Origin: Clostridiaceae bacterium
GTDB taxonomy: Bacteria > Bacillota > Clostridia > DSM-8532
DNA: 64,000 nt
Reading direction: 5' to 3'
NCBI GenBank assembly: GCA_012518025.1
Contig: JAAYTP010000008.1
Span: 9,303 to 73,302, forward strand
The notes under the pieces are model-generated. The model did no database searches. It saw only the letters and a program-made list of their open reading frames with translations, and was not told the DNA's origin. Numbering within the stretch: the stretch's first letter is position 1; every line of letters begins with the position of its first letter. The position numbers were made by a program, and so were the translations under genes. Positions 36,867 to 45,497 of the stretch are shown here, piece after piece.

Positions 36867-37839
36867 AACCATAAGCAAGCTGGTGAATGCCTTTGGTCCG
36901 TCGGGCTGTGAAAAGCAGGTGGCAGAGGTCATTGCCAATATGATAAAGGATAGGGTGGACGAGATCCGCTCCGATGCCATGGGAAATCTCATTGCTGTAA
37001 AACGGGGGTCAGGCAAAAAGATCATGCTGGCTGCCCATATGGATGAGATTGGTCTGATAGTAACTACAATAGACGAGAAAGGTTTCCTGCGGTTTGGAAC
37101 CGTAGGAGGGGTTTCACCCTTGATATCTCTGGGACAGCGGGTGGTCTTTGAGAATGGTCTCACTGGTGTGGTTTGGTATGAAGAGAGCATTGAAAACATG
37201 AAGGATGCCAAGCCCGATAAGATGTATATCGATATAGGAGCAAGATCCGGAGAGCATGCCAAAGAGCTGGTGGATATTGGCGATATGGCAGTCTTTGCAG
37301 GTCAGCCTGTTGATCAGAATGGAGTGGTAATCTCTAAGGCGCTGGATGACAGGGTGGGCTGTGCCGTGCTGGCAGAGCTTGCAAGGAGATGTCCTGAGAC
37401 TGACCATGAGATATATTATGTCTTTACAACACAGGAGGAAGTGGGTTTAAGGGGAGCCCGCACAGCAGCTTATAGCATTATGCCCCATCTGGCTCTTGCC
37501 ATTGATGTCACCAGAACCGGCGATACTCCGAAAAGTAAGTATGGGGCCGTAGCCTTGGGGGAAGGTCCAGCTATAAAGATCAAGGACAACAGTGTCATAG
37601 CCCACCCAAAAATAAGAGAAAAGCTGGTGAACTGCGCCAGGGAAAACAGCATCCCTTACCAGCTGGAAGTTTTGGATAAAGGTGGTACCGATGCCGGAAG
37701 CATACACATCACTGCAGGCGGCATTCCTTCGGGAGGGGTCTCGATCCCGACACGATTCATTCACAGTACTGCCGAAATGGTTGATCTTAAGGATGTAGAG
37801 AATGCTATAAAGCTTTTAGAGGCATTCATAAAACGGTGA
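36859..37839 (+). CDS. M42 family metallopeptidase, paralogue 3
   Basis: Motifs AHMDEIG, DDRVGC and TQEEVGLRGA. The start overlaps the end of paralogue 2. RBS GGGAGGGG. Confidence 0.8.
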   Translation: MFKTISKLVNAFGPSGCEKQVAEVIANMIKDRVDEIRSDAMGNLIAVKRGSGKKIMLAAHMDEIGLIVTTIDEKGFLRFGTVGGVSPLISLGQRVVFENGLTGVVWYEESIENMKDAKPDKMYIDIGARSGEHAKELVDIGDMAVFAGQPVDQNGVVISKALDDRVGCAVLAELARRCPETDHEIYYVFTTQEEVGLRGARTAAYSIMPHLALAIDVTRTGDTPKSKYGAVALGEGPAIKIKDNSVIAHPKIREKLVNCARENSIPYQLEVLDKGGTDAGSIHITAGGIPSGGVSIPTRFIHSTAEMVDLKDVENAIKLLEAFIKR

Positions 37840-37988
37840 GAAGGAATTTCCATTGGGCACAAAACCATTTTATGACATTCAACAATGGACAGTGATTTCC
37901 AATTAATTCATCAAAAATGCATGAAAAATTGCTAAAATAAAAAAATGTCTCGGAACAAATAATAGACCCGAAAGGAGGAAAAGAGGCA

Positions 37989-38489
37989 ATGAGCTTTTTT
38001 GATGAGTTATCGAGGGATTCCTTTTTATCAAAGAAAGCTGCTAACAAACAGAGCAGCGCTGCAAGAAGAACCAGGAAAGGTGTAGAAGCCAAGGATGCCC
38101 CAGCCAATTTCAACAGCGGGATTGCCATGAATGCCTCCGGTAAGCAGGATACCGAGTTTGGTTCCGATATGGCCGGTTACAGCCAATATGGTACCCAAAC
38201 CTATTCCCATGCGGGTGTGTCCTTTGACAAGCTTTCTGAAAGCGAGGCCAGAATCAGTTATTCGGGTCTATTATCCAAGTCCGGAGCCGATAAGGTTATC
38301 GGTGTTTACGGATATGGAAGCAACCAAAGCTGGGAGGACGTATCTGAGGTTGTTCTGGCAAAGGACTACACGGGCGGTTTTACTGCAACAATACCCATCT
38401 CAAGGGGCAAGAATATCAACTTCGCCTTTAAAGATTCTGCCGAGAACTGGGATAACAACTCAGGCTTAAACTATACCTTTGTGAACTGA
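37989..38489 (+). CDS. small cytoplasmic protein with a C-terminal CBM25/CBM53-like starch/glycogen-binding module
   Basis: There is no signal peptide. The C-terminal ~85 aa (ARISYSG...VIGVYGYGSNQSWEDV...FTATIPISRGKNINFAFKDSAENWDNNSGLNYTF) match the W...F.F.D....WDNN.G.NY pattern of these modules as I recall it. Confidence 0.5.
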   Translation: MSFFDELSRDSFLSKKAANKQSSAARRTRKGVEAKDAPANFNSGIAMNASGKQDTEFGSDMAGYSQYGTQTYSHAGVSFDKLSESEARISYSGLLSKSGADKVIGVYGYGSNQSWEDVSEVVLAKDYTGGFTATIPISRGKNINFAFKDSAENWDNNSGLNYTFVN

Positions 38490-38498
38490 TATAATAAT

Positions 38499-38525
38499 GG
38501 CGGGCTATAAAAGCCCGCGTTTTCA
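38499..38525. terminator. hairpin between convergent small genes
   Basis: GGCGGGCT-ATAAA-AGCCCGC followed by GTTTTC. Confidence 0.45.
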
Positions 38526-38529
38526 CAGC

Positions 38530-38676
38530 TCACAGCTCATGCTCGTTCACCCAGTTACGAGCCTCTTCTACACTCTCTTCCGAAGCATAGGGAATATTAG
38601 CAGCCGAATCCACTTTTTTGATATCCTGATGGGCTCCAGTGCTCCCAGATGCTGCTCTTTTTTTCTTACTATCCAT
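38530..38676 (-). CDS. 48-aa hypothetical protein, below the ORF-track cutoff
   Basis: My translation is MDSKKKRAASGSTGAHQDIKKVDSAANIPYASEESVEEARNWVNEHEL. A GAGGA lies about 10 nt upstream of the ATG, and the hairpin terminator lies just downstream. Confidence 0.35.
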   Translation of the reverse strand: MDSKKKRAASGSTGAHQDIKKVDSAANIPYASEESVEEARNWVNEHEL

Positions 38677-38842
38677 CCCATCACATCCTCGTACTTATAT
38701 TTCCCTTTTATTGGGGCAAGAAGGACAATCACATGAATTATACTTCTAAGCTTCTCATAGTATTCCCGGGAATGAGTTTGTTTTTCATTAAAAAATTGTG
38801 GGATAATCTATATATGTTTAACTGGCTTAAGGAGGTAACAGC

Positions 38843-40303
38843 GTGAAGGATATCAGGATTTGGTTTGCGTCTTCAGAAGTGGCACCATTTGCTAAAACAG
38901 GCGGTTTAGCTGATGTGGCAGGCTCTTTGCCAAAAGCACTGAAAAAACTGGGTGCCGATGTGAGGGTGGTGATGCCCAAGTACAGGCAAATCCCAAAGAA
39001 GTATGTGGAGCGGATGACTTTTTTGGGCTATACCATGGTGGATCTGACCTGGCGAAAGCAATACTGCGGTGTGTTTACACTGGAACATGAGGGAGTAACC
39101 TTCTACTTTGTGGATAATGAATTCTATTTCTTCAGGGATTGGTATTATGGAATGTTTGATGACGGAGAACGTTTTGCTTTTTTCTCAAAAGCCATTTTGG
39201 ATGTGCTCCCCCTTATTGATTTCAAACCCGATATCATTCATCTTAACGATTGGCAAACAGGCCTGGTGAGCGTACTACTTGACGCCCATTACAGGGATTA
39301 TCGGGAGAACGGGTTCTATAAAAAGATCCATACCGTATTCACCATTCATAACCTGAAATACCAGGGAGTTTTCCCAAAACAGATGATGGATGAGATTCTC
39401 GGTCTGGACTGGAGCTTTTTTAACCAGGACGGGCTTGAGTTCCACGATAATATTAACTACCTGAAGGCCGGGTTGGCCTATTCCACCGTACTGAGCACCG
39501 TGAGCAAAACCTATGCAGAAGAGATTAAGCACGATTTCTTTGGTGAGAACCTTCAGGGACTTATCAGAAAGAGATCCTCTGATATGTACGGCATTGTTAA
39601 TGGAATAGACTATGGTCTGAACAATCCGGAGAAGGATGAAAGGATCTATAAGACATTTTCGGTTGATCGCCCAGAGGGAAAGTATGAAAACAAGAGGAGG
39701 CTACAGGAGGATTGTGGTCTTGAAGTAAAGGCCGATATGCCCCTTATAGGGATAATCTCTCGGCTTATCCAGCAGAAGGGCTTCGATTTGATCGAGCATA
39801 TGATGGCAGAACTCATGGATCTGGGGCTTCAGATCATTGTGCTGGGTACCGGTGACCAACGTTACGAGGATCATTTCAAATGGGCTCAGTCCCGTTATCT
39901 TGGAAGGGTTTCAGCCAACATATGCTATGACTCGGTACTGGCCCAAAGGATCTATGCCGGTAGCGATATGTTCCTCATGCCATCACTCTATGAACCCTGC
40001 GGATTGAGCCAGCTGTTCAGCATGCGATACGGAACTGTTCCCATTGTGAGGGAAACGGGCGGGCTCAAGGATACGGTGATTCCGTATAATATGTACACCG
40101 GCGAGGGTACGGGCTTTACCTTTGCCAACTATAATGCCCATGAAATGAAGGATGCTGTGGTTCGTGCCATCCAGGTTTACCAGGACAGGGACAAATGGAG
40201 GAAGCTGGTGAAATCCTGCATGTCTCAGGATTTCAGCTGGGATCACTCGGCCCTTCAGTATATGCAGCTATACAATATGATACTGGATCGATATGGAAGT
40301 TAG
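38843..40303 (+). CDS. glgA: glycogen synthase (ADP-glucose type, GT5)
   Basis: N-terminal motif SEVAPFAKTGGLADVAGSLP, plus the C-terminal PSLYEPCGLSQL region. GTG start behind GGAGG. Confidence 0.92.
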   Translation: MKDIRIWFASSEVAPFAKTGGLADVAGSLPKALKKLGADVRVVMPKYRQIPKKYVERMTFLGYTMVDLTWRKQYCGVFTLEHEGVTFYFVDNEFYFFRDWYYGMFDDGERFAFFSKAILDVLPLIDFKPDIIHLNDWQTGLVSVLLDAHYRDYRENGFYKKIHTVFTIHNLKYQGVFPKQMMDEILGLDWSFFNQDGLEFHDNINYLKAGLAYSTVLSTVSKTYAEEIKHDFFGENLQGLIRKRSSDMYGIVNGIDYGLNNPEKDERIYKTFSVDRPEGKYENKRRLQEDCGLEVKADMPLIGIISRLIQQKGFDLIEHMMAELMDLGLQIIVLGTGDQRYEDHFKWAQSRYLGRVSANICYDSVLAQRIYAGSDMFLMPSLYEPCGLSQLFSMRYGTVPIVRETGGLKDTVIPYNMYTGEGTGFTFANYNAHEMKDAVVRAIQVYQDRDKWRKLVKSCMSQDFSWDHSALQYMQLYNMILDRYGS

Positions 40304-40368
40304 GCCTGTGTCATGGATCATTCCCACTGCATAGTATGAATCAGACCAAAAGCAAACGAGGTGTTCCT

Positions 40369-40512
40369 ATGGGCGATTGTAGAGATTGCGGCGGCTTTTT
40401 TGGAGGCGGTTGGGAATGGATTATTATAGTCATTCTGATTATCCTGATATTCTTCCCTGGTATTTTCGGTGGGCAAGATAAATGCCATTGTATATCCAAG
40501 GATTGCTGCTAA
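40369..40512 (+). CDS. 47-aa Cys-rich hydrophobic peptide (YjcZ-like tiny membrane protein?)
   Basis: MGDCRDCGGFFGGGWEWIIIVILIILIFFPGIFGGQDKCHCISKDCC. RBS-like GAGGTG lies 6 nt upstream. A strong terminator follows about 20 nt downstream. Confidence 0.4.
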   Translation: MGDCRDCGGFFGGGWEWIIIVILIILIFFPGIFGGQDKCHCISKDCC

Positions 40513-40533
40513 GACTGCTTACTATCAATACTA

Positions 40534-40563
40534 AAGACCGGCTCTCCGCCGGTCTTGATTTTT
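40534..40563. terminator. intrinsic terminator, potentially bidirectional
   Basis: AAGACCGGC-TCTCC-GCCGGTCTT followed by GATTTTT. Confidence 0.65.
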
Positions 40564-40595
40564 GCAAAGTAAATCGAAGCTTTGGCCTTTGAAAA

Positions 40596-41030
40596 CTATA
40601 TGCGCCTTCTTCTTGCAAAGCGAAAGATTGCTGTTACCAGCATGATTCCAAAGGCTATGGAGAAGGCCTTTGCAACCGTATCAATACCCAGCAGGGCAGC
40701 CTCGGACACTTCATTGTCCACAAATGCCTGTATGGTCTTGTATGCGGTTATGCCGGGAACAAGGGGGAAGATGCCGGGAATCACAAAAACCGTTGAGGGT
40801 GCTTTCATAATCTTTGCCATAAGCTCACTGTAAAGACCGATGATAATGGCACCTGCAAAGATCTGGCTGATACTGAAGGAAAAAGAGGAAGGGTTCACCA
40901 GAAGGGCTGTCAGAACCCCCAGCATACCGCCAAGGCCGGCCCACAGGAGAAGCCGTTTTTCTATGTTGATGGCAATAGCGGGCGCAATGCTGCCCAAAAA
41001 TGCCAATGCCAAATACTTCAGGATCATCAT
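40596..41030 (-). CDS. threonine/serine exporter family protein, small subunit (YjjB-like)
   Basis: Four to five hydrophobic helices. The start ATG overlaps the stop of the upstream ThrE-like gene (GCATGATG). Confidence 0.7.
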   Translation of the reverse strand: MMILKYLALAFLGSIAPAIAINIEKRLLLWAGLGGMLGVLTALLVNPSSFSFSISQIFAGAIIIGLYSELMAKIMKAPSTVFVIPGIFPLVPGITAYKTIQAFVDNEVSEAALLGIDTVAKAFSIAFGIMLVTAIFRFARRRRI

Positions 41031-41818
41031 GCAACCACCCCAATCAGATTCCACGCGGCAATACCGATACCGGTTCCTGCCGCTATCGCAAATACCGTCA
41101 TTAGGGCTTCCCCCAGCCTGGAAAGGCCGCTTACAATGTCTCCGTGCAGAAGATCCCTTATTCCATTGGTGAGAGCAACCCCAGGAACCAGGTTTGTCAG
41201 AGCCCCTATGATCACCAGATATGGGTTGACACCAATGAGGACTGAGAAAAGGGATCCCAGAATACCGGCTGCAAATCCGCCGAAAAAATACTCGATGAAA
41301 GGAAAGCTGCTTCCCTGCCGGAATAGGAATCGCAGCAATCCCAGGACAATGCCCACGATGACCGCAGCCGCACTCTCCATCAATGTGCCTCCGAATATGA
41401 GCACATAGACGAAGGCGGTCAGGGCATAAGCCATGGCTATGGTGAGATTGGAATACTTTTTGATGTTTGAGATTTCGTCCAACTCTGCCATAACCTTCTG
41501 ATATTCCGGTTTTTGATTCTGAATTTTTCTTGATAGGGCATTGAGCCTGGATATGCTGGTGAGATCAACTGTCCGGTAAGATATCCGCCTGACAATTGTA
41601 AGGGGTGTCCTTTTACCTTCGGCGCTGACAAATATGCCTGTTGGCAGTACAAAGGCATCACAGGAAAGGCGATAGCTTTGACAGATTCGTACGATGGTTT
41701 CTTCCACCCGGTAGGTTTCGGCACCGCTTTTGAGAAGGAGAGAGCCTGCACGCACTGCGATGTCCAGTATTTTGTCCTGATCCATGAACCTATACCACCT
41801 GCTTTTTAATTGGCCCAC
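41027..41818 (-). CDS. threonine/serine exporter family protein, large subunit (ThrE/YjjP-like)
   Basis: 263 aa. The N-terminal soluble part has LLKSGAETYRVEETI, followed by polytopic helices. It forms the typical two-gene arrangement with the gene at 40596..41030. Confidence 0.7.
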   Translation of the reverse strand: MGQLKSRWYRFMDQDKILDIAVRAGSLLLKSGAETYRVEETIVRICQSYRLSCDAFVLPTGIFVSAEGKRTPLTIVRRISYRTVDLTSISRLNALSRKIQNQKPEYQKVMAELDEISNIKKYSNLTIAMAYALTAFVYVLIFGGTLMESAAAVIVGIVLGLLRFLFRQGSSFPFIEYFFGGFAAGILGSLFSVLIGVNPYLVIIGALTNLVPGVALTNGIRDLLHGDIVSGLSRLGEALMTVFAIAAGTGIGIAAWNLIGVVA

Positions 41819-41838
41819 CCATATGAAAGATTAACCAA

Positions 41839-42021
41839 TTAAGGGGTGTTTCTATTCACCCTGGGCTTGAAAGCATTGCAGGGCTCACCGCTTGATTCAA
41901 GGACCACCTGGGAAGGAAGACGCGTGCCTTTAAACCCGTAAAACCTGCACCCCCTCGGGTGACGGGGATCCCATGTGACGTGGTAAAACTGACATTTCAT
42001 GCATTCTACTGGCTTTTTCAT
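41839..42021 (-). CDS. 60-aa basic four-Cys protein, hypothetical
   Basis: MKKPVECMKCQFYHVTWDPRHPRGCRFYGFKGTRLPSQVVLESSGEPCNAFKPR. It has one CxxC pair plus two distal Cys. I do not recognise a family. Confidence 0.4.
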   Translation of the reverse strand: MKKPVECMKCQFYHVTWDPRHPRGCRFYGFKGTRLPSQVVLESSGEPCNAFKPRVNRNTP

Positions 42022-42059
42022 GTGAGCTATTATATCATGTTTTTGGTGGAGGTAAAAAG

Positions 42060-42692
42060 ATGTTTGAAGGAAGACAAGTTCTTGATGTGACCCGAAGCAT
42101 TCTCAGCGGTATGACGGTTTGGCCGGGAGATCCGGGGGTTTCGGTGGACAGAACCGCTTCCATCGGCAAGGGTTCTGTTGCAAATGTGACCAGGATCAAT
42201 ATGGGTGTTCATTCAGGGACCCATATGGATGCTCCGCTTCATTTTATTGACGGAGGAAAAGATATTGCATCAATTGATTTAGCACGCCTTTTGGGCCGGG
42301 TTCTTGTGGTGTCCGCCCATTCTGATCTGATTGATGAAGATCTTCTCAAACCATATGATCTTGCCGGGATCCAGGCTGTTTTTTTCAAGACCAGGGCGAG
42401 TATGAGGGATGAAAAAACACCCTTTTGGGAAGAATACCCTGCCATAACCCCAGGTTGTGCCGAATACCTGATCCAAAACGGTATCCTTACGGTAGGAACA
42501 GACTATTTCTCGATTGAACTTAGCAGGGACGACAGCTTTCCGGTTCACAAGATGCTCCTTTCCCATGAGGTAGCCATCGTGGAGAACCTGGATCTTAAGG
42601 ATATTGATACGGGTATATATGATTTTATCTGCCTGCCGCTTAAGGTTGAGGGCTCGGACGGTTCGCCGGTCAGGGTATTGTTGATAAAGTGA
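42060..42692 (+). CDS. cyclase-family protein / kynurenine formamidase-like arylformamidase
   Basis: HSGTHMDAPLHF metal-binding motif and C-terminal VENL... of the putative cyclase fold. Confidence 0.75.
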   Translation: MFEGRQVLDVTRSILSGMTVWPGDPGVSVDRTASIGKGSVANVTRINMGVHSGTHMDAPLHFIDGGKDIASIDLARLLGRVLVVSAHSDLIDEDLLKPYDLAGIQAVFFKTRASMRDEKTPFWEEYPAITPGCAEYLIQNGILTVGTDYFSIELSRDDSFPVHKMLLSHEVAIVENLDLKDIDTGIYDFICLPLKVEGSDGSPVRVLLIK

Positions 42693-42800
42693 CCTGCTAT
42701 TCCATAGAAGCATCGGTTATTGTATAATGAGAGGGCTGCCGTCTCTGATGTTAATTAGAATGGCAATATTTTAGTTTTGAAAGGACTGATTAGAGTGAGT

Positions 42801-43902
42801 TTGGTTGAGCTTGAACAAGCAAAGCTTGAATTGGCTGAGCTATTGGATAATATCAAGGAATTGGGGGATTCACTTTGACTTCCCTGCTATAGAGAAGGAG
42901 CTTGAAGAACTGGAACAGAGGGCATCGGAGCCAGAATTCTGGAACGATGCAGAGAAGTCCCAGAAAGTATTGCAACGTACAAAAACTCTTCGATCTAAGC
43001 AGGAATTCTTCAATAAACTTTTGAGCGATTGTGAAGATGCCCTTACCCTTGCCGAACTAGGTCTGGATGAACAGGATGAATCGGTGCTTGAAGAGGTACA
43101 GGCGGGGTTTGACCGTCTGAGAGACCGGTACGAAAAACTCAGGCTGGAAACCCTGCTGACAGGGGAGTACGATGCCAACGACGCTATATTTACCCTTCAT
43201 GCGGGAGCCGGGGGCACTGAGGCCATGGACTGGGTGCAGATGCTTCTTAGGATGTATACGCGCTGGGCAGAACGAAATGGCTTTGAGACCCGCATCCTGG
43301 ATATTCTGGATGGTGAGGAGGCCGGCATAAAGAGTGTAACCGTTGAAGTAACCGGAGAGTATGCCTATGGGTTTTTAAAATCTGAAAAAGGCGTTCACCG
43401 GCTTGTCCGCATTTCACCCTTCGATTCATCGGGGAGGAGGCATACTTCTTTTGCTTCCATGGAAGTGATGCCGGTTCTGGATGACTCGGTGGAAATCGAT
43501 ATTAATCCCGATGACCTGAAGATGGATGTCTACCGGGCCAGCGGTGCCGGCGGTCAGCATGTTAACAAGACCTCATCAGCCGTGCGCATTACCCATATAC
43601 CGACGGGAATTGTAGTGGCCTGTCAGAATGAACGATCCCAGTTCCAGAACCGGGAAACGGCTATGAGAATGCTGAAAGCCAAGCTGCTTGAGCTGAAGGA
43701 ACGGGAGCAGCAGGAAAAAATCTCCCAGATCAAGGGAGAGCAAATGGACATTGCCTGGGGAAGCCAGATCCGGTCCTATGTGTTCTGTCCTTATACCTTG
43801 GTTAAGGATCACAGGACGAACTATGAAGAAGGAAACATCCAAAAGGTGATGGATGGGGATATAGACAGGTTCATTCAGGAGTATTTGGTGAGAAAGCAAT
43901 AA
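42801..43902 (+). CDS. prfB: peptide chain release factor 2, requires a programmed +1 frameshift at 42873-42878
   Basis: Frame 0 from TTG 42801 (or GTG 42795) encodes 25 codons, (M)VELEQAKLELAELLDNIKELGDSL, and ends in CTT TGA C preceded by the SD-like GGGGGAT. The +1 frame continues DFPAIEKELE... and contains SPF and GGQHVNKT. Confidence 0.9.
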
Positions 43903-43977
43903 GGTGAAGTGGATAAAACCGCCCTGCCTTCAGGAACTGAAGCTGCAGGGCGGTTTTAGTTATACAGCAAATGGGCA

Positions 43978-45267
43978 TCAGTAATATCTGGTGTTTCTTG
44001 GTCTTACCTTCAGACGTTTTTTCCGGATCAGGGTAACAACCTTTGAAATCAGCAGAATGACCTCCAGAACCAGTAACCCGATAATTACATAGATCAGTTC
44101 CTTGTTCTCCTTCAGGCGTTCCCTCAGGATCTGAGCCTCTGTCTTCTTAGGGAGGATTTCCTTATCCGGGTACAATTCCACATTGATGACCGTGTCGTCC
44201 ATGAGGGTAAAGGTCATGATGCCCACTATGGAGTTCTTTGTCACAGGTGGCTTAAGCTTTTCCTCATCCACATTGATGGACACATTTTTTATATAGTTCT
44301 GTCCCCTGGGATAGATATAGTGAACATCGGCGGTTGGGATCAGGTTTACGGTTTCATCCTCGATGATGACCGATTTTTGAGCACTTCCTGCAGCCACGAG
44401 GGTGCCGTACCGGAAATTGTCAAAGCCGTAATTGAACAACTGCGCTGAGTCGGTATAAACCTTTTCAGCGGGGACATCGATCAGGATGCAGATGAGCCGC
44501 ATGGAATTTTTTGTAGCGCTGGTGACTATGGACTGAACCGAGGGGTCGAAGTACCCCAGGACACCTCCGTCGATACCCTCATAGCTCCAGAACATGTTAT
44601 TGGCATTGGTAAGCAAAATTGTCCTGTTCTCAGTATACCAGGGCTTAGCCTGTGCGGAGAAAACCCTGTTGAATTCGGTATTTACCAGTGCAGTCCGCAA
44701 AAGCAGGGCTATATCCTGGGCGGTGGTGTATTGTCCCTCATCATATAGTCCGGTGACATTAGTGAAGCGGGTATCGGTCATGCCGATTTTAGCTGCATAT
44801 TCGTTCATAAGCTGGACAAAGCCTGTTTCGCCTCCCCCAACATGCTCGGCAATGGCCTTTGCCGCATCATTGGCGCCGGTAAGGAGCAAGGCATAGACCA
44901 TGTTGCGCACGGAGTATTTTTCACCGACGGTCAACTCAAGAGAGGCGCCTTCCACACTTATGGCCTCATTGCTTGCGGTTACCATGGCATCTGGAGTAGA
45001 TTTTTCCAATGCAATAAGTGCGGTTATCAGCCGGTTGGCCAAAGGGGTCTTTACATGTTCATCAGCTGATTTGGTATAGACGACCTGTCCGCGCCTTGCA
45101 TCCACAAGCAGTGCGGAGATGGCCTCCAATGATGGCTGATTTTCGTTATCGGCTGCAAGGGCGATTGTCCCTGTCAATGAGGCAAGAAAAACAAAGGCAA
45201 CCAGGGTTGCCATTATGAACAAAACCAGAATTTTATCAAAGAAACGTGATTTTTCCCTCAACAACAT
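43978..45267 (-). CDS. peptidase S11 (PBP5-type D-Ala-D-Ala carboxypeptidase) homologue with degenerate catalytic motifs
   Basis: Fold-level similarity is clear (VTSATKNSMRLICIL against the PBP5 [13 protein letters not shown]). The positions of SxxK, SxN and KTG read LANR, GAN and VLG. There are N- and C-terminal hydrophobic anchors. Confidence 0.7.
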   Translation of the reverse strand: MLLREKSRFFDKILVLFIMATLVAFVFLASLTGTIALAADNENQPSLEAISALLVDARRGQVVYTKSADEHVKTPLANRLITALIALEKSTPDAMVTASNEAISVEGASLELTVGEKYSVRNMVYALLLTGANDAAKAIAEHVGGGETGFVQLMNEYAAKIGMTDTRFTNVTGLYDEGQYTTAQDIALLLRTALVNTEFNRVFSAQAKPWYTENRTILLTNANNMFWSYEGIDGGVLGYFDPSVQSIVTSATKNSMRLICILIDVPAEKVYTDSAQLFNYGFDNFRYGTLVAAGSAQKSVIIEDETVNLIPTADVHYIYPRGQNYIKNVSINVDEEKLKPPVTKNSIVGIMTFTLMDDTVINVELYPDKEILPKKTEAQILRERLKENKELIYVIIGLLVLEVILLISKVVTLIRKKRLKVRPRNTRYY

Positions 45268-45497
45268 TCCCCATACTTCCTTAGTTTTGAAGATTCAAGG
45301 GCTGGTCCCACCCATGGAATCCAGCCTGAAACCGCAATTTTTGATGCTTGCTGTAAATACATACTGCAGAGCATAATTATTTAAAGTGGCAGTTTTAATG
45401 GTCTGCCGGCTTTAATGTTAATTTTAGCTATTTCCCCGTCCGGGATGCAAGTTTTTATCGCAAATGTAACAGTAAAGATATATTTTTGAACACATCA

